Origin: Chrysomallon squamiferum
Lineage: Eukaryota; Animalia; Mollusca
Direction: 5' to 3'
DNA: 64,000 nucleotides
Assembly (NCBI GenBank): GCA_012295275.1
Contig: CM022679.1
Span: forward strand, 8,680,001 to 8,744,000
A model generated the notes under the pieces. The model was given only the letters and a program-made list of their open reading frames with translations. It did no database searches and was not told the DNA's origin. The translations under genes were made by a program, and so were the position numbers. This document shows positions 27,900-43,283 of this stretch, in pieces (within the stretch, counting starts at the first letter, position 1; each line of letters opens with the position of its first letter).

Positions 27900-29133
27900 T
27901 TAGGGACATGAAAAAGGAGGTGCTTTTGCTACATAGTTCACAATGGCTGTCTGAAGAATTTGAGCTCTCAGGGTTTCTTCATCTCTAATCCTAGCCCATT
28001 CACGTTATCGAGTTTTTAAATTCTCTTGCAGACAAGCAATTTCCCTGTCTTTCTCTTCAACCATCTGTCGATGCTTCAACATTTCATCTGCAGACAACAA
28101 CAAAAAAAGAAAGAAATAGAAATGTCTGAGTCAGATCATTTGAAAGGATTGAGAAACATTGATATTAATTAGATTTTTCTGATACATATTTTATAAATTC
28201 TTTTTTTGTTCTTCTGTGTCTTTTCGGGGTTTCTTTTGGTTTTTTTTTTTTTTTTGGTTGTTGTATTTTTGATAATAATAAACTTGCCTGACACTTCTCT
28301 GTCAACCTATGAGAGTTTATTACGAAGTTCCACCTGCATCTGACGCTCACTCTCCAATGAGTTCAGTGTGGCATTCAGTTCTAATTTAACCTTGTTCACC
28401 TCTAATTTAATATTGTTACATTATTCTTTTCAGCCAGAACCTGTATACACAAATAACAGAAAATTAGTAATCATCTTGCAGCAAAAAAACAAAAGAAAAC
28501 AAAAACAACACTGATTTAATAAAATACTTTAGTCAATGGAGTGTATGACTCGCTGGCACATGAGCGAACTGCCCAAATTCCCAAATACAGGCTAACTAAA
28601 CAGCTGGGAACTTTTTCGTTTTGTCTGAGTAAAATTTTCGGTAAAGCAGCCCCCATTACCTCCTTTACCAAAGAGTCACTTCTCCAAGTAAGTTTTGTAT
28701 TATTACAATATTAGTATTTATTTATTTATTTGGGATGGGGTGTCAAAATAATTTCACAGAAAATTATTCAGCAGACGTTATTTCTCCTGGAATGTAATAA
28801 ATGGAATACTGATTAAAACATAAAATAAATACTTCCTAATCTAGTTAATAAAATGCACTTAAAAATCTGATTTATTAACAGTACTGTATTTAAAAGTAAC
28901 ACACTCTATGAAAGTAAGTTAGCTGAGTAGATTTCATGGATTCATTGAAATGTAAATACTCTACATAATAATACCTGTTCCATTTCCTCCAGCCTTCTCT
29001 TCAATGTGAGATTAGAGTTCTTGTGTTGCAGTTCAGAAACCAGTGATGCCTGCTGGTTACAGTGACTCTCGAGATCATCTTTTGAAATCTGTAAAACTCG
29101 AACCTTCTCCTCCAGCTGTTTCTGGCGCTGCTC
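27900..29133 (-). pseudogene. LRRC45: LRRC45 3' fragment B (exons 15-17 only)
   Basis: Exon 15 (29133-28975) has a 15-bp deletion. Exon 16 (28440-28288) has a net +5 nt change giving a frameshift and TAG. Exon 17 (28087-27900) has a premature CGA TAA. Homology ends at ~29415, just short of exon 14. Confidence 0.88.
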
Positions 29134-29959
29134 CTGTTTCAGTAAGTTTAAAATTTAATTAAATTATCTAAATTTATTTGTATCTTTGTTTGGTAATTAT
29201 TAATTTAAATGTGTATTTGTACTTTTAAAAACAAAGTATTTTCATTTCTAAACATCATCAACGCAATTATAATTAAATAATTCAAATATTAAAAAAAAAA
29301 AAATCATTCTCTGACTTTTATTTTATTTTTTAAAAAGTTAAATAAATAATAATAATAAACCCGTCATAATGTCAATTTTATTTTATTTCTTAAAACTAAA
29401 AAAAAGAAAAACAACGAAACAAATGCATAAAGCCACTGAAAAATGTGTCAGTTATCACACTATGTTGTATAATTTTACTTAACCGTATCTATAAATAACA
29501 ATACAAAATAATAATGATGATAATGATAATAATAGTAAAAATCATAATAAATATAATAATAATGTTTCAACAAAAAGAAACAAAATGTTAATTATGTTTT
29601 TCCATATCAGTTGTGAAACTGACTGTGACAGATTAAACCAATGTGGCATGTAGCAAAAAGTTCATATTAAACAAATAGAACCAACAATAAATCATATTAT
29701 AATGCTCTGTTATTATTATTATTTCATTATTTTGTGTCACCCAAAAATATAAAATGAATCATTAAAGAAGAAGAAACATTTGTTATGGAAAAATAAATAC
29801 TGGTATTATTGGATTTCATTCCATGTTTTATTTTTTATTATCATAATTAAACTGTATCCCTACCTTTAAAGCAATATTGTAATTAACAAACAATGAAAAC
29901 ATTAATAAAGTCAGCGATTCATCTACATTATGTAAATAAAACTTGATAAAAATTACAAA

Positions 29960-30385
29960 ATGAAATGTTACCTGACATATAATAAATACTTCCTGGTCGA
30001 TTAGAATGTGTCAAACTGAGACCAACCTTTGACCTTGATACTGGTACAAACCATTAGATAATGGGGGTGTTGTAATGTTATTCATTTCTTTCCCTCTAAA
30101 CATTTTGCTGAAAATATATATGAAGGGGGACAGAAATCAAAATTCAAAATGTATATAAAAATACCCCATCCAAAAAAACAAAACAAACATTAAATGAGCA
30201 AAAATAATAAAGAAATAATAAATAAAACCAAAATTGAAAGAAAAACTATAAAATGTATTCATGTATTGACCATGAAATTGAATGTAAATTGATTAAAACA
30301 TTTTGTTATACAGGTAAAAAGTTAAATTAAACAAACAGAACAACAAATATATAATATAACATTTACCATTTTCTACTTCCTTAAA

Positions 30386-30430
<45 letters not shown>

Positions 30431-31655
30431 TTAAAATCAAGTTAAATATACTCTCATCTAAATAAAAATAAAATAAGTAAAAATAATAAATAAATAAACA
30501 TTATTAGCAACTGTGTGAAAATAACACAATTTAAAAAATAATAATAATTTTAAAAGATTTAAAAAACGATTTGTTGTGGAAAATGAAGTACTAGTAATAT
30601 TGGATTACAGTCAATGTTTTTGTTTTGACTGTGAAACAAACTGCTATTAAATGACATTCTCACGATTGAAATCATATTGAAATTAATTAATAAACAACAA
30701 AAGCATTAATAAATCAAACTGGATGATATCTAATATTTGTTAATAAAATGTAATGAAAATAACATGAAAAAATGAAATGTTACCTGAAATAAAATAAATA
30801 TTTCCTGATCAACTAGAACTTGTGAAACAAACCGCTGACCTTTTACACTGATATTGGCACAAACCATTAGATAACAGGGGTATTATGGAATATTTATGGT
30901 TTTAATATAAATGAGGGAGAGGGGAAAGGAAAATGATATCCTTACAGATTGTACATACACACATATACACACATACATTTAAAAAAAAATTTTAAATCTA
31001 TTTAAATATGCCCGAATACGAAGAAAAATTAAATAAATAAAAATATTGAATAAATAAATATTAGCAGCAACTGTGTGAAAAGAAGATTATTTTTATTAAA
31101 GAAGAAAAGATAGAGAAGTATTTTCTAATTGTTTTCCCACCCATACATTTTTTCTGCTGATCAGTTTTCCATTCAAATCATTTCCCACTATTTCTGAATA
31201 ATATTATATCTGTGAAATTGAATGCTATTGACTAAACATTTTGTTACTTTTCTCATTTCTGTTTTCTTCTATTTCACTTTTCACATGTACCTTTTTATAT
31301 CTGCTATTCAGTTTCATATTCATATTTTCCACCATAGGTATTTTCTATGCTATTTAATGAATGTATATAATTTTATATCTTTCAGAAAAAACTAATTGTA
31401 AGAAAGTGTAATTAAAAACAAAGAAATGGTAAAAACTGATAGAAGAACGTAGTATAATTTTGTAGCTGTATAGAATATCAGCAAATATTTATCTTTGTTC
31501 AAGGCAAAAATCAACACTTTGAAATATATTACAGGGTCTAAATATAGGTGAAAGGTATTTTAACTATCTATGTATGGATTAATTTACTTTGATATCTTTT
31601 AATAATAAATTGATGATAATTTAAGTTAAATAAAAATAAACATATGTTAATATAA

Positions 31656-31694
<39 letters not shown>

Positions 31695-31697
31695 CAC

Positions 31698-31745
<48 letters not shown>

Positions 31746-32290
31746 GGATTAATAATAAACAAATAAATAAACAGTTAGATATTTCCATATTGATTATGAA
31801 ATTGAATGTAATTGATTAAAACATTCTATTACAGTGGTAAAAAAGTTAAACTAAATAAGTACAGCAATAAATATATAATATAATATGTGCCATTTTATAC
31901 TTCATAATAATAATATTAAAATTTTACATTGAATAAATGATAATAATATTTTTTTTTCTTTTAAAAGAAAAAGAGAGAAAAATTAAGAGAAAGAAAAAAG
32001 ATTTGTCGTGGAAAACGAAATATTAGCACTATTCGATTACACTGAATGTTTTTCTTCTTGATTAAAATGAAACTCTCCTGACTGATGGCATATTAAAATT
32101 AATTAATAACAATGAAAGCATTAACAAATATGATGTGGATAATAATCTAATATTGGTTCATAAAATTTAATGAAGATAACATATGAAAATTAATTTACCT
32201 AAAATAAAATAAATACTTTCTCATCAACTATAACTTCTGAAACTGAAATCAACCTTTGACCTTAGACACTGATGTTGGTAGAACCCACTG
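29960..32290 (-). promoter_or_regulatory. Three further AG|GT leader modules (junctions 29972/29971, 30784/30783, 32199/32198)
   Basis: TATATGTCAG|GTAACA, TTATTTCAG|GTAACA and TTATTTTAG|GTAAAT, each with an upstream AGGTCA repeat (AGGTCAAAGGTTG at ~30023-30035 and ~32250-32262). The segment 30430-31210 is the unamplified paralogue of the array unit. Confidence 0.45.
31655..31745. repeat. Compound (TAC)n(TAA)n microsatellite
   Basis: Read directly from the sequence. Confidence 0.95.
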
Positions 32291-34084
32291 ACAATGTTTT
32301 ATTATTCTTTTCCAACTGGAATTTAATTTTTATTTATTTATTCTTTTATCCTGGCTGAAATATAAATTGAGATATTGAACCATTTATCAGTCCTACAGAA
32401 ATCAAGAGAATTCAGAAAACCGTCCAATTTTGAAATTGTTTTTTGTTTCAGTTTACTCTCATTTTAATTTATTAATCTGCCTAAGAAACTATCAGTATAT
32501 TTTAAGAATTTTCAGTTAATTATTAATGATCCAATAGACACTGCTATAGAAATTTTTAATTTGTTTTTGTTAAACAGTTTAATAATATATCTTAAATTTA
32601 AAGAAAGATTCAGCCTATATCCAGAAATCTAAACCATCTCTGCTCTCAAGTTTGCCAGATAAACCACTCAGTATCTCTGAATGTAAATAAAAATTAAAAA
32701 AACAAAAAAACACAATCTAATCAAACTTCACTAATTTTAAAATAAATAAATAAAAACATAAATAAATAATAATAATAATAAATAAATATGTTGTTGAAAA
32801 TATTTATATTCTGAATGTGAAATACACCTTTGTTCGTGTTTGTACAACTGAGAATGTCTGATACATTTTACATTCAGCTGAGTGTGACTATAACAATCTT
32901 GGGAGATGACAGACTGTAATTTATTGGTTGGATTAGTGCAGAAACACAACAGATCAGAGGATTGATCCTCTTCATTTCCTAGCCATTATCAAAAACTGCT
33001 GCGTGTAATTATGAAAGACCACCGGTGAGCAATCTGTACAAATAAGAATAATAAAGAAAAAAATATATAAAAGGAGCTAATTATTGTGGCATTTCTTTTC
33101 TTCTTGTTTTATTTATTTTTTCTATTTTTTTATGTTTTTTTATTTTAGTAGTTCTAAACCATTGATGAAAAATATTGTATTTTTCATTGTTCATTATCTA
33201 AGTGACAAAGTATTGTTTTACTGATATTACCAAAGATAGGTTTTTTCCTGGAGGGAAGTGCACTGTGCATCAGAGATGGGCTTTTTCGGGTAGGTAATGG
33301 TGGTGGTGAGTGTCTTATTTTTTATTTTTTTTATTTAATTTGTTCAAAAACGTTTTGTATTATGTCCATTGAATTTGCTAAGTCTATTTCAAAAACAACA
33401 AAACATTTTGTTTTAAATTTTTCACTAATATTAAAATAACTGACATTCGAAATAAAATAGTCAATATAACTATGGATGTTTGTATTTCCATTCCTTTATT
33501 TTGAAAAATATGCTGTTAGTATGTCTATATTATATTGGTAGTCAGGGATTATTTATAGAGTGAAGTAATTTAACAAAAAGAGTTATGGGAAGTTCTCTAC
33601 ATTGCAATGACTAGCAATGACTACTAACACAGAATTAGTGTGAACTAGTGAAAAAGTTAACAAAATTGGAGATGAATAGCATTACATGAATATCATTACA
33701 GTAATGATCCTATATTATGGAATGCAAGAAAAGGTAAACCAGATAAATATATGAGACATCCAAATATATTTTCATGTAATTCATTTAGTAGCAGAAATAT
33801 GTTTATATTAAAAAGGTTATGTTTGTTAATAAGAACTATATCTCAAAGAGTATGTCTTCCACGTTAAACTTCCACGTATGTGCATTTTAATTTTGTTATT
33901 ATGTACAAATATATTTTTGAAAAGAAATTAACACTAACATAAATTAGTAAACTTAACGGATATATAACATTTACAGAATTTCCTTATTTCCTAAATTCTG
34001 ACACAGTACATGCAAACTCTGGCTTCGTGCATACAAAGCCTCCTCTGTGTATGCATTTAAATGTCTGTAAAGTGTATGGCTCCG

Positions 34085-37000
34085 TTAGGTACATGAAAAA
34101 GGAGGTATTCTTCTTAAATAGTTGTCAATGGCTGTCTGAAGATCCTGAACTCTCAGCCTTTCTTCACGTCTAATCGTATCCACTTCAAGTTCTCGAGCTT
34201 TTAGTTTTTCTTGCAGACAAGCAATTTCCCTGTCTTTCTCTTCAACTATCTGCCGATGCTTCATCTTTTTATCTGCAGACAGGAAAAAAAATTAAATAAA
34301 AATCAAATAAATATCTCTGAATCGGGTATCATTTGAAAGGATTGAGAGACACTGATATTGATACAGACCTGTATTCTTTTAATTTTGCTCCGTTATATCA
34401 ATCTGATAAATAGATTGCCAGGCCAGATTTAAAAAAAAGTAAAGTTAGAGGTTATACTGTATATTGTATAAAAATTACACATCTTACTTATCGGAAATAA
34501 TAATTTAAATATTTGTTATATATGCATTACACAATGTATTATGTGCTTTCTCTCGGCTGTATGAATTGCAACAATATTGTTATATGAAGAACTTGGCAGT
34601 AACAGACGTGTAGTCATTAAATTGAGTCTGGAAAATACTTATTTATTGTTGGAGGAAAATTTGGAGGAAAATGCAAAATGAAATCTGAAATACTAATTAT
34701 TTTAACTGAATTTCTTTTTTTATAAGAAGTACTGAACTGTCTTGCTTTTAAATGCTTTTGGTTTTGTCTTCCTTTTCTTCATTCATTTTTCTAAAAATAA
34801 AGATTTCAGTTAGTTTTTTCTGTTTCAAATTTTTCAATTTCTTTTTTGTTAGTCTTCATTGTTTAGTGGGGTCTTTTTTCCCTTATTTATTCTACTTTTT
34901 CATTTTTTAAAAATCTTCTTATTTTGGATAGTAATAAACTTGCCTGACGCTTCTCTGTCAACCTTTGAGAGTTGATTACGAAGTTCATCCTGCATCTGAC
35001 GCTCACTGTCCAGTCTGATCAATGTGGCGTTCAGTTCCAGTTTAACCTTGTTCACCTCCGCTATTGTTACGTTGTGCTTTTCAGCCAGCTCCTGTATACA
35101 CAAATAACAGATAATTAGTCATCATTTTACAGCAGAAAAAAACAAAACAATGTCTACTTTATTCAATGGACTATATGAATCAAGATAATTTTTGCATTAT
35201 TACAATATTAGCAAGTATTTAATTGGGATGGGGTGTCAAAATAATTTCACAGAAAATTATTTAGCAGACGTTATTTCTCCTGGAATGTAATAAATGGAAT
35301 ACTGATTAAAAAATAAAATAGATACTTCCTAATCTAGTTAATAAAATGCACTTAAAAATCTGATTTATTAACAGTACTGTATTTAAAGGTAATACATTTT
35401 ATTAAAGTAAGTTAGCAGAGTAGATTTCAAGGATTCATTGAAATGTAAATACTCTACATAATAATACCTGTCCCATTTCCTCCAGCCTTCTCTTCAGTGT
35501 GCCAATCTCCAGAGTGAGATTAGAGTTCTTGTGTTGCAGTTCAGAAACCAGTAATGCCTGCTGGTTACAGTGACTCTCGAGATCATCTTTTGAAATCTGT
35601 AAAACTCGAACCTTCTCCTCCAGCTGTTTCTGGCGCTGCTCCTGTTTCAGAAAGTTTAAAATTTAATTAAATTATCTAAATGTATTTGGTTGTTTGTTTG
35701 GTCATTATTAATTTTAATCTGTATTTGTACTTTTGAAAACAATGTATTTTCTTTTGTAAACATCATTAATGCAATTATAATAAAATAATTCAAATATTTC
35801 AAAAAAGAAAAAATCATACTGTGACTTTTATTTTATTTTTTGAATAGTATAAAAACAAAAAATCCAATCGTAATGCCAATTTTATTTTATTTCTTAAAAC
35901 TAAAAAAAAAAAAAAAAAAAACAACCTCCTTAGTCTTGATTTTCTGTTTGGCTTGCGCCAGCTGTTCATCAGCTGCCATTTTCTCAGACACTAGAGTTGC
36001 TTTCAGTCGACTGATCTCTTCACCTAGTTCCAGTTGGTGCTGCTCCAACTTGTGTATTCTATCACGCAGCGCCTTTTCCAATTCAGCAGCTTCTTCTTTG
36101 ATTCGATCAATCTACAATTACTTTTACGATTAATACTAGTATTAATTATTATAACTGTCAGTTACATTCAGACCAATGAGAGCAACCCACTCATACAGAT
36201 GTGTACATGTATTTTGTATAGCATGTGTACACACATTTTGTAGCAACTTATATATAGATTAATGCACACAGACACTCTTACTCTCTGGACAATCAACAAA
36301 ATGTTTGAATATTTAAAGCAATCTTTAAAGAACTAGATTTACTCATCATTTATCTAGTACCTCAAATGTTCAGACATTCTACAAGCTGCCTTAATGCTGA
36401 CATTAACTATAACAAGTTTAGAAATCAGATAATTTTCAATTTTGTTATCTATTATTCTAATATATATAATTTATAACAAAATTCCTAAAACAAACTAAAA
36501 CATTATAAATACATTTTTCTGACATACATACAGGTAATGAAATTTACCTGTAAGCTCTTTTTGTTTATTTTTAAAGCAACATGTGAAATGTTTACCTCTT
36601 TCTGTTTATACTTTTCCATGTCTTGAATTGTTTCTTTCTGACGCATTCGTTCCTGCCGAATTCTTTCTGTAATAGAAACAACATTCATAATAAAACATTA
36701 TATAATTTCTGGGTTTGTTTTCATACTTACTTCATTTCAAACCAGGATTAATGTTTTAATGTAGAAAATTAATTAATGAGTTTAGAATTATTATAATGGC
36801 TATCAAAATATTTTTTCATTTTATATTAATAAATTCTACTTGTCATAAACCCACAAAAGACAGCAAATTGTTGTTATGAATTGATTGAAAGAAACGAAAT
36901 TCTGCAATTTAAGGCCTTATGGGACAAATGACGATACTGTAATCATAAGGAAAGATTAACACATACAGAAAGTCATAACCCTCATTGTTGACCAATTGTT

Positions 37001-40000
37001 GAAAATTTGATAACAAAGTTTCCATCTCACTAACCGATATAATCTCCTTCAGCAATAAGACATTAATGAACTTGATATCTCACTGATTATTCAGGTCTTT
37101 GGTGATGTCATTGTAGTGATGTATATAAGATTTTTGCAAACAAAAACATTAAGCAGTGAAAAGCCTAATAAACATATTTTTCTTAAGTTGCACTCCAGAT
37201 AAAAAATTTTACTTGATGATCAAATTTATTAAGGGAACTGAACATTGAAAATGTCCCTACATACCATCACACTGAGATGGTTTGAGTTTCAGTTCGGCCT
37301 GAAGAAGTGTCAATTGTTCTTTCAGATCATAAATTTCTTCTTGCTGGTTCTTGCATTTCGTATCCAGATCTTCACACTGCAACAATGAATATTATATCAA
37401 AAATAATTGATAATAACTAATGAACTAGGTATTATATTATGGAAAAGATTAGATTGTTCACTCAATTCATTGTGATATGCTTAACAATGATGAAGTTAAG
37501 TTATTTTTATTATCCTTCAAGAGTTTTGTTTGTTACAGGGACCCAATACTTTTTAATAATAGAGTAGGACAATAACACAGCAAAACTGTTACTGGTATAT
37601 TTACCAACATAATTATTACATTAAACCCTTTTTAAAGTTATTTTAAAGACATATTTAATTTAATTTGTCCTTTACTGAATACTTCTTAAATGTTATGATA
37701 GTAAACAAACCATAGTTTTTATATGAAAAATTAAGAGCATTAACCTAATTAAAGTGAAATAAACTGAATATGTCTAATAATGTTTTACCTTGATTCGAAG
37801 CTGTTTGTTTTTATCATTACTCTCAGACAACTCTCTCTGTAGTTTCATTTCCTCTGTGACTCTGTTCTGAAATAATGTGTAACTCAAATTTCAAATCTTT
37901 CCACTAAAATCAAAACATAATAATTTTGTTTTAGTCACGAAGGCAAACTACCAAAGACAGCAGCGTTTGTCTTATAATTATTAACTAACAGGATGTTAAT
38001 TCTGTGTTCCTATCAAAGCAATATTATTGACTGTGATCACATGAAATAAAAGAAGTTAAACTCTAAGATAATTTTTATATACTGAATTTATGGATGGAAA
38101 ATTCATGTCTGAAAAAATCAACTGTTTCACCTCTTTCACTCTTTCTGCTAATTTGTGTTTTAAACAAGCTATAAGTGAGTCCTGGTCACGAAGTCTATGT
38201 TCAGCTAACTCCAACTCTGATTCTGTCATAGACAATCTGTAAAACAGTAAATATTACTGAAATAAAATATTAAATACTTCATCTAATTAAAACAAATCAT
38301 ATTTATTATAATGAAAAAATAAAAAATAAAATAAAATAAAAATAACACAGAAAGAATACACATAACATCTGCCTCCATAAAGTCCAATAATGAAAACAAA
38401 ATCACAAGGAACAGCAAATACATTGATTTAATAAACGTTTTGCTGCTAACTGTCAGAAAAACCTGTTGTAACGGGTTTTCTGAGTATTTGTATTAAAGTG
38501 TGTTGTGTCATGAAAACAAAACATTTAATTTTAACTAACTTAGCAGCAACAGAATAGAAGTCTCTTTTCCTTTCTTCCAGAGCTTCCTGTAGCTTTGACA
38601 TCTTCTGGGCTGAAGATCTGAAAACAACAACAACAACAACAAAATTAAATTCTGTTTAAGAAAATTTCCACAATTCATTCTTCATAATAAATTAAGAGAA
38701 AACTTGGTTTACCTATTTATCAATTTCAAATTAAATATTTGACTTTTTGTCACCAAATTATTCTCAAAAAATTCAACATTATATCTGGTATTTATTGTTT
38801 TCAACAATGGCTTATCAAATTGATTGTTAGGTGAATGATATTTCCTGAGATAAAACACTAGTGAATTATGGCAGCAGATATGCTTTCTAAACTCTGGTCT
38901 CAGTCACAAGAGTATTTCAGTATTAAAAAATATTATTTCATTTTACCTTTTTTCCCTGCGTAGATCTTCTTGACAATCAATGGTATTTATGAAATCACAT
39001 ATCTGAAAATAAAAACACAAGATTACAATAATTAATTTATGTACATAGACATAATAACAAAGGCACTCTATGCTTCTGTATAATGCAAATAAACTAAGGG
39101 AATATATGGAGGCATCTGCAACTGTTCTAAAACATATTCCCTTCCCTTTTATTAAATATATAGAAAGTGCCTCAAAGATGGCGTAGAATGAATCTATATA
39201 CATCCTGAGTTTTAAACTTTTCTCAGAGGTGGACTGCAGAAACCCAACACTTAGGCATAATGCTAAACATTTTCTGGATACCACTGTAATAATGCTTTAG
39301 TAAAGGAAGAGACAAAATTTTGACAAATCATATGTTCACAGAAAAAAATACTATCCGCTCAGAAATCTTTTAATAAGAAACACTTGTAATAAAGATTTAT
39401 GATGAATTATTAAATTTAAAAAAAGAAAGATTCATAAAATACAGTTGAAGGTTTTCTTTCTTTCTTTTTTTTTTTTTTTGGTTATGGCTTTTTCATGTAA
39501 CAGTAAATAAAAAATTGCAGACACTTGTGTACATTTTCACGAAGCTATACCTTCGGATCCCACTTCTTGCAATACGAGTTGACGGAAAGTCCATGACAAA
39601 TTTCCCTTATTGCTGAAGAAAATTTTTTTTAAAATTGTTGTTGAAATTGTTTTTCAAATTTAATATAAACTGAAATATTAATATTAACTTGGGATGAACA
39701 TTTATATACAAACAAACATACAAACACAAACACACAAATAAATAATATATAATATACATATTGCACTGAAACAAAAGTTTGTAACATTTTTCAATAGGTG
39801 GTGTTTAAGGACGTAATTTTGTTTCATATCACATATTCTGAAAGGTAAACAAAATGGCACAAAATATATGGCTGATTAAATCTACGTACAGATATCTCTA
39901 CAATGTCTTTAATTCCACTTGAAAAATGCTATGAACATTTGTTCCAACCCAGTAAAACTAATGTATATATACAAATATTAAATTTTAAATTAAATTTCAA

Positions 40001-41301
40001 AAGGTTAATGTGTGATTTTGTTTGTTTTAACTTAATCATTTTCCACGTGCTTTTCTGTTAACCTGTCTCTGACTAAAACTGATGAATATTTGTAATTCAT
40101 TAGAAGTTAATAGATAATATAAACTCATCCTTACTGATGCCTGTAGACTACCAGAGCTCATAAATGTGGGTAAAACAAGAACAAAACAAATCCAAAAACA
40201 TTTTAAGTTTAAGAGCATAAAACTGTGTACCCAAATCCTGCAGTGTTAGCATCAAGCCTGAATACCCATACTGCTATGCTGTAGAAAACACATAAATAAA
40301 TGAATGCATGTGTAGAAACAATGGTAAATAAAAAGGGGAAATATTTTGTTTTATATTAAAATTATGAGTACATTATGAAATTCAGTTATTACCACCTTCA
40401 TTCAACATGCAGTCTGAAAACATTAAATCAGCGGAGGTGTGGTCACATGACAACAGCTTTCCAAGTTCTGCACAGGTTTTTGCTGACAGACAGTTAGCTG
40501 ATAAATGAAGCACAGGTCTGTCACAACATAAACTGTAATAAAATAAAAAATAAAAAAATTATAAGATTTCATAAACAATCCAGCAAATTTTATTAATAAA
40601 ATAATTTCTCATTTGTAAAAAAGCAGTAATATAAAAAAATGCAGAATATGCTTTACAACTGTGTTACATGACCATTTTGAAAGAACAAAATTATTAATAA
40701 AAAAAGACCATCATCTGACTAAAATTAATTTTTAATATGCTTGGTTGATTTTATTTATGTGCTTAATTTCCAAATTCATCTAACAAATTACAAAGAAAAT
40801 CAATAATTTAAATTTTATCTAAATGAACATGATTGTATTAATAATTTATAAAAACTGTATGAAATTTATGAATATTAATTTATATATTTAATGTGTTCGT
40901 TTAATTTTATATGTGAATGTTTCTTAAAAAACGAAAAAAAAAAATAATAAAAGAAAAAAAAAAAAAAAAAAAACGAAGAAAACAAAAACAAAAAGCAAAA
41001 TCAAACAAATAACCATGACAGTTAAATGTTGATGTATTTTTTTTATTAAATTGAAATCTGGATTTAAAACAGACTATATTAAATATAAAATATGATATAA
41101 TTAAAATATTCATCATTGACATTTCTTCTCTTTGTCTGCCGGGAATTTATGTCTGTTTCACTGAACACTGAATCTGAATTTTAAAGCAGGAAAGCAGTAA
41201 GATTTTCTCTCTAACCTTTTCCGTTTGTGGAAAACAGAGTTCTGAACGTCAACATGGTTGTCCTTACATAAATGTAAATATATGTGTTTACAATCATCCA
41301 T
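34085..41301 (-). CDS. LRRC45: LRRC45 paralogue C; exons 4-7 (LRR core) lost, predicted in-frame 494 aa protein
   Basis: Exons: 41301-41216, 40532-40393, 39612-39551, [exons 4-7 deleted, junction ~39535-39545], 39002-38947, 38617-38540, 38236-38131, 37866-37789, 37376-37265, 36666-36596, 36111-35926, 35641-35468, 35091-34944 (GC donor), 34272-34085. Phases are consistent and no internal stops were seen. Confidence 0.72.
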
Positions 41302-41462
41302 TCTGAAAAGTAATAGTTATCTGCAAGAAAAAAAATAATAATAATAATTTAAAAAAATAATAAACAAACACACACACATATATGTATTATTTTTAAATTT
41401 GTTTTTAATTTAATTTTTTTTTTTTTTGCAGAAATATATATAAATAAATAAATAAATAATAA

Positions 41463-43194
41463 TGGCAACTTTACTGTGTTCATTTTCATACAATTTAGTA
41501 CTAATGGTGTAATGACACGTTTAATAATATTTTGTTTACCCAAAAGTCCATCTTTTTTAGCTTGTCGACATTTGTTTACAACTCTCATCTTTTCCAGACA
41601 TATATTTACTTCAGAGTTCTCAAAGAAAGTGAACCATTCATTACTGGAAGATAAAATATGTGGAAACGAGTTCAAAACAAAACTCCTTTTTTCTACATGG
41701 AAAATATTCTGCTTACTATTATTGTTATTTTTATTATTACTTTTGGTAATATTATTGTACATGTGTAAACAAAAACAGTTCGAATAAGACATTTATCCAT
41801 CAGTCCAGTTTTCATTTACTTGGATATTTTGGTTAGGTTAGGCGTATTCATCATATTGTGTGCAAACTATTAGGAAGTATTCTGTGTTCAGTGACTAAGA
41901 TTACAAATATAATGAATGTTTCTCTTTTATAATCTTTATCCTTCTTTCTTTCCTTTTTCTAAATTTGAATTTCAGCTGCATCTCGGTACAACTTTAATTA
42001 AGCATGCATCAAATAAAATCAAAGATAAATTGCTCAGAAAGACGACACTAATGGAGCATCATAGGAAGGAACATAATTTACAGCACTCTTTTCAAAAACA
42101 TTATGAAAGCAAAGCATCCTTATTTTCAATATGACACTGAGTAGGAATTGAAATATACTTTTCATTTCAGAAATTCGGATTCATTATGATGTACGTAATC
42201 AGCCTTTCAAAACTTTTCATACATTTGGCATTAACAGAACGCAATCGAAATAGTAGGTAATATAAAATTGCGTAATATTTATCACTATAATGCAGATCTT
42301 TAAAATCAAACATCTACTAAAATAACTAAATAAATAATTGAGTTATTAATTATTTTCAGTTCATTTGACAGTTATTACTATGACTTTGTGTCACTGTGTT
42401 CTTCGTGTAGGCCAGTAAGGATAGTTAAGCACATTATTGTTAGCACAGAGGTTATACTCCAAAGATTGGTCTAATCACTTTGAGTGTTATTTGAAACATT
42501 TGAATATATTCTTTAACAATATAATGTATTATTATTATTATTATTATTATTTTTTTTTTTTTATAGAAATGGACGATCTTAGTCACACATATGTAATAAC
42601 TGTCAAATGAACTTAAAATAATTAATAATTAAATTATTTATTTTGGGTTTTCAGTATATATTTGTTTTTAATGATCTCCATTAGAGTGATAAATTTTACA
42701 CTATTTTAATTATGTTGCTATTACGATTGCGTTCTATTAATGCCAATATATGAACATTTTGAAAAGACTAATTACGTACAACACAATGAATAAGAATTTA
42801 TGAGACAGAAAATATATTTCAATAGCTATTCTGATAGTATTCAACACCATATTGAAAACAAGGACGCATTACGTTTATAATGGTTTTGAAAAAAGAGTGC
42901 TATTAATTATGTCCCTTTCTATGATGTGCCAATAAGGTCCAAATTTCTCCGCAATTTATCTTCGATTTTATTCGATACATGGTTAATTAAAAGAAAAAAA
43001 AATGATAAAAAAAGAGAAATATTCATAATCACTGAACACGGAATACTTCCGTATAGTTTTCATGCAATATGAATGTCATGAATATGCCTAACCGTACCAA
43101 AATATCCAAGTAAACGAAAACTGCACTAATGGATAAAAGATCTTATTCGAACTGTATTTGTTTAAATCGTGTATAATAATGTTACTACTACTCT

Positions 43195-43283
<89 letters not shown>

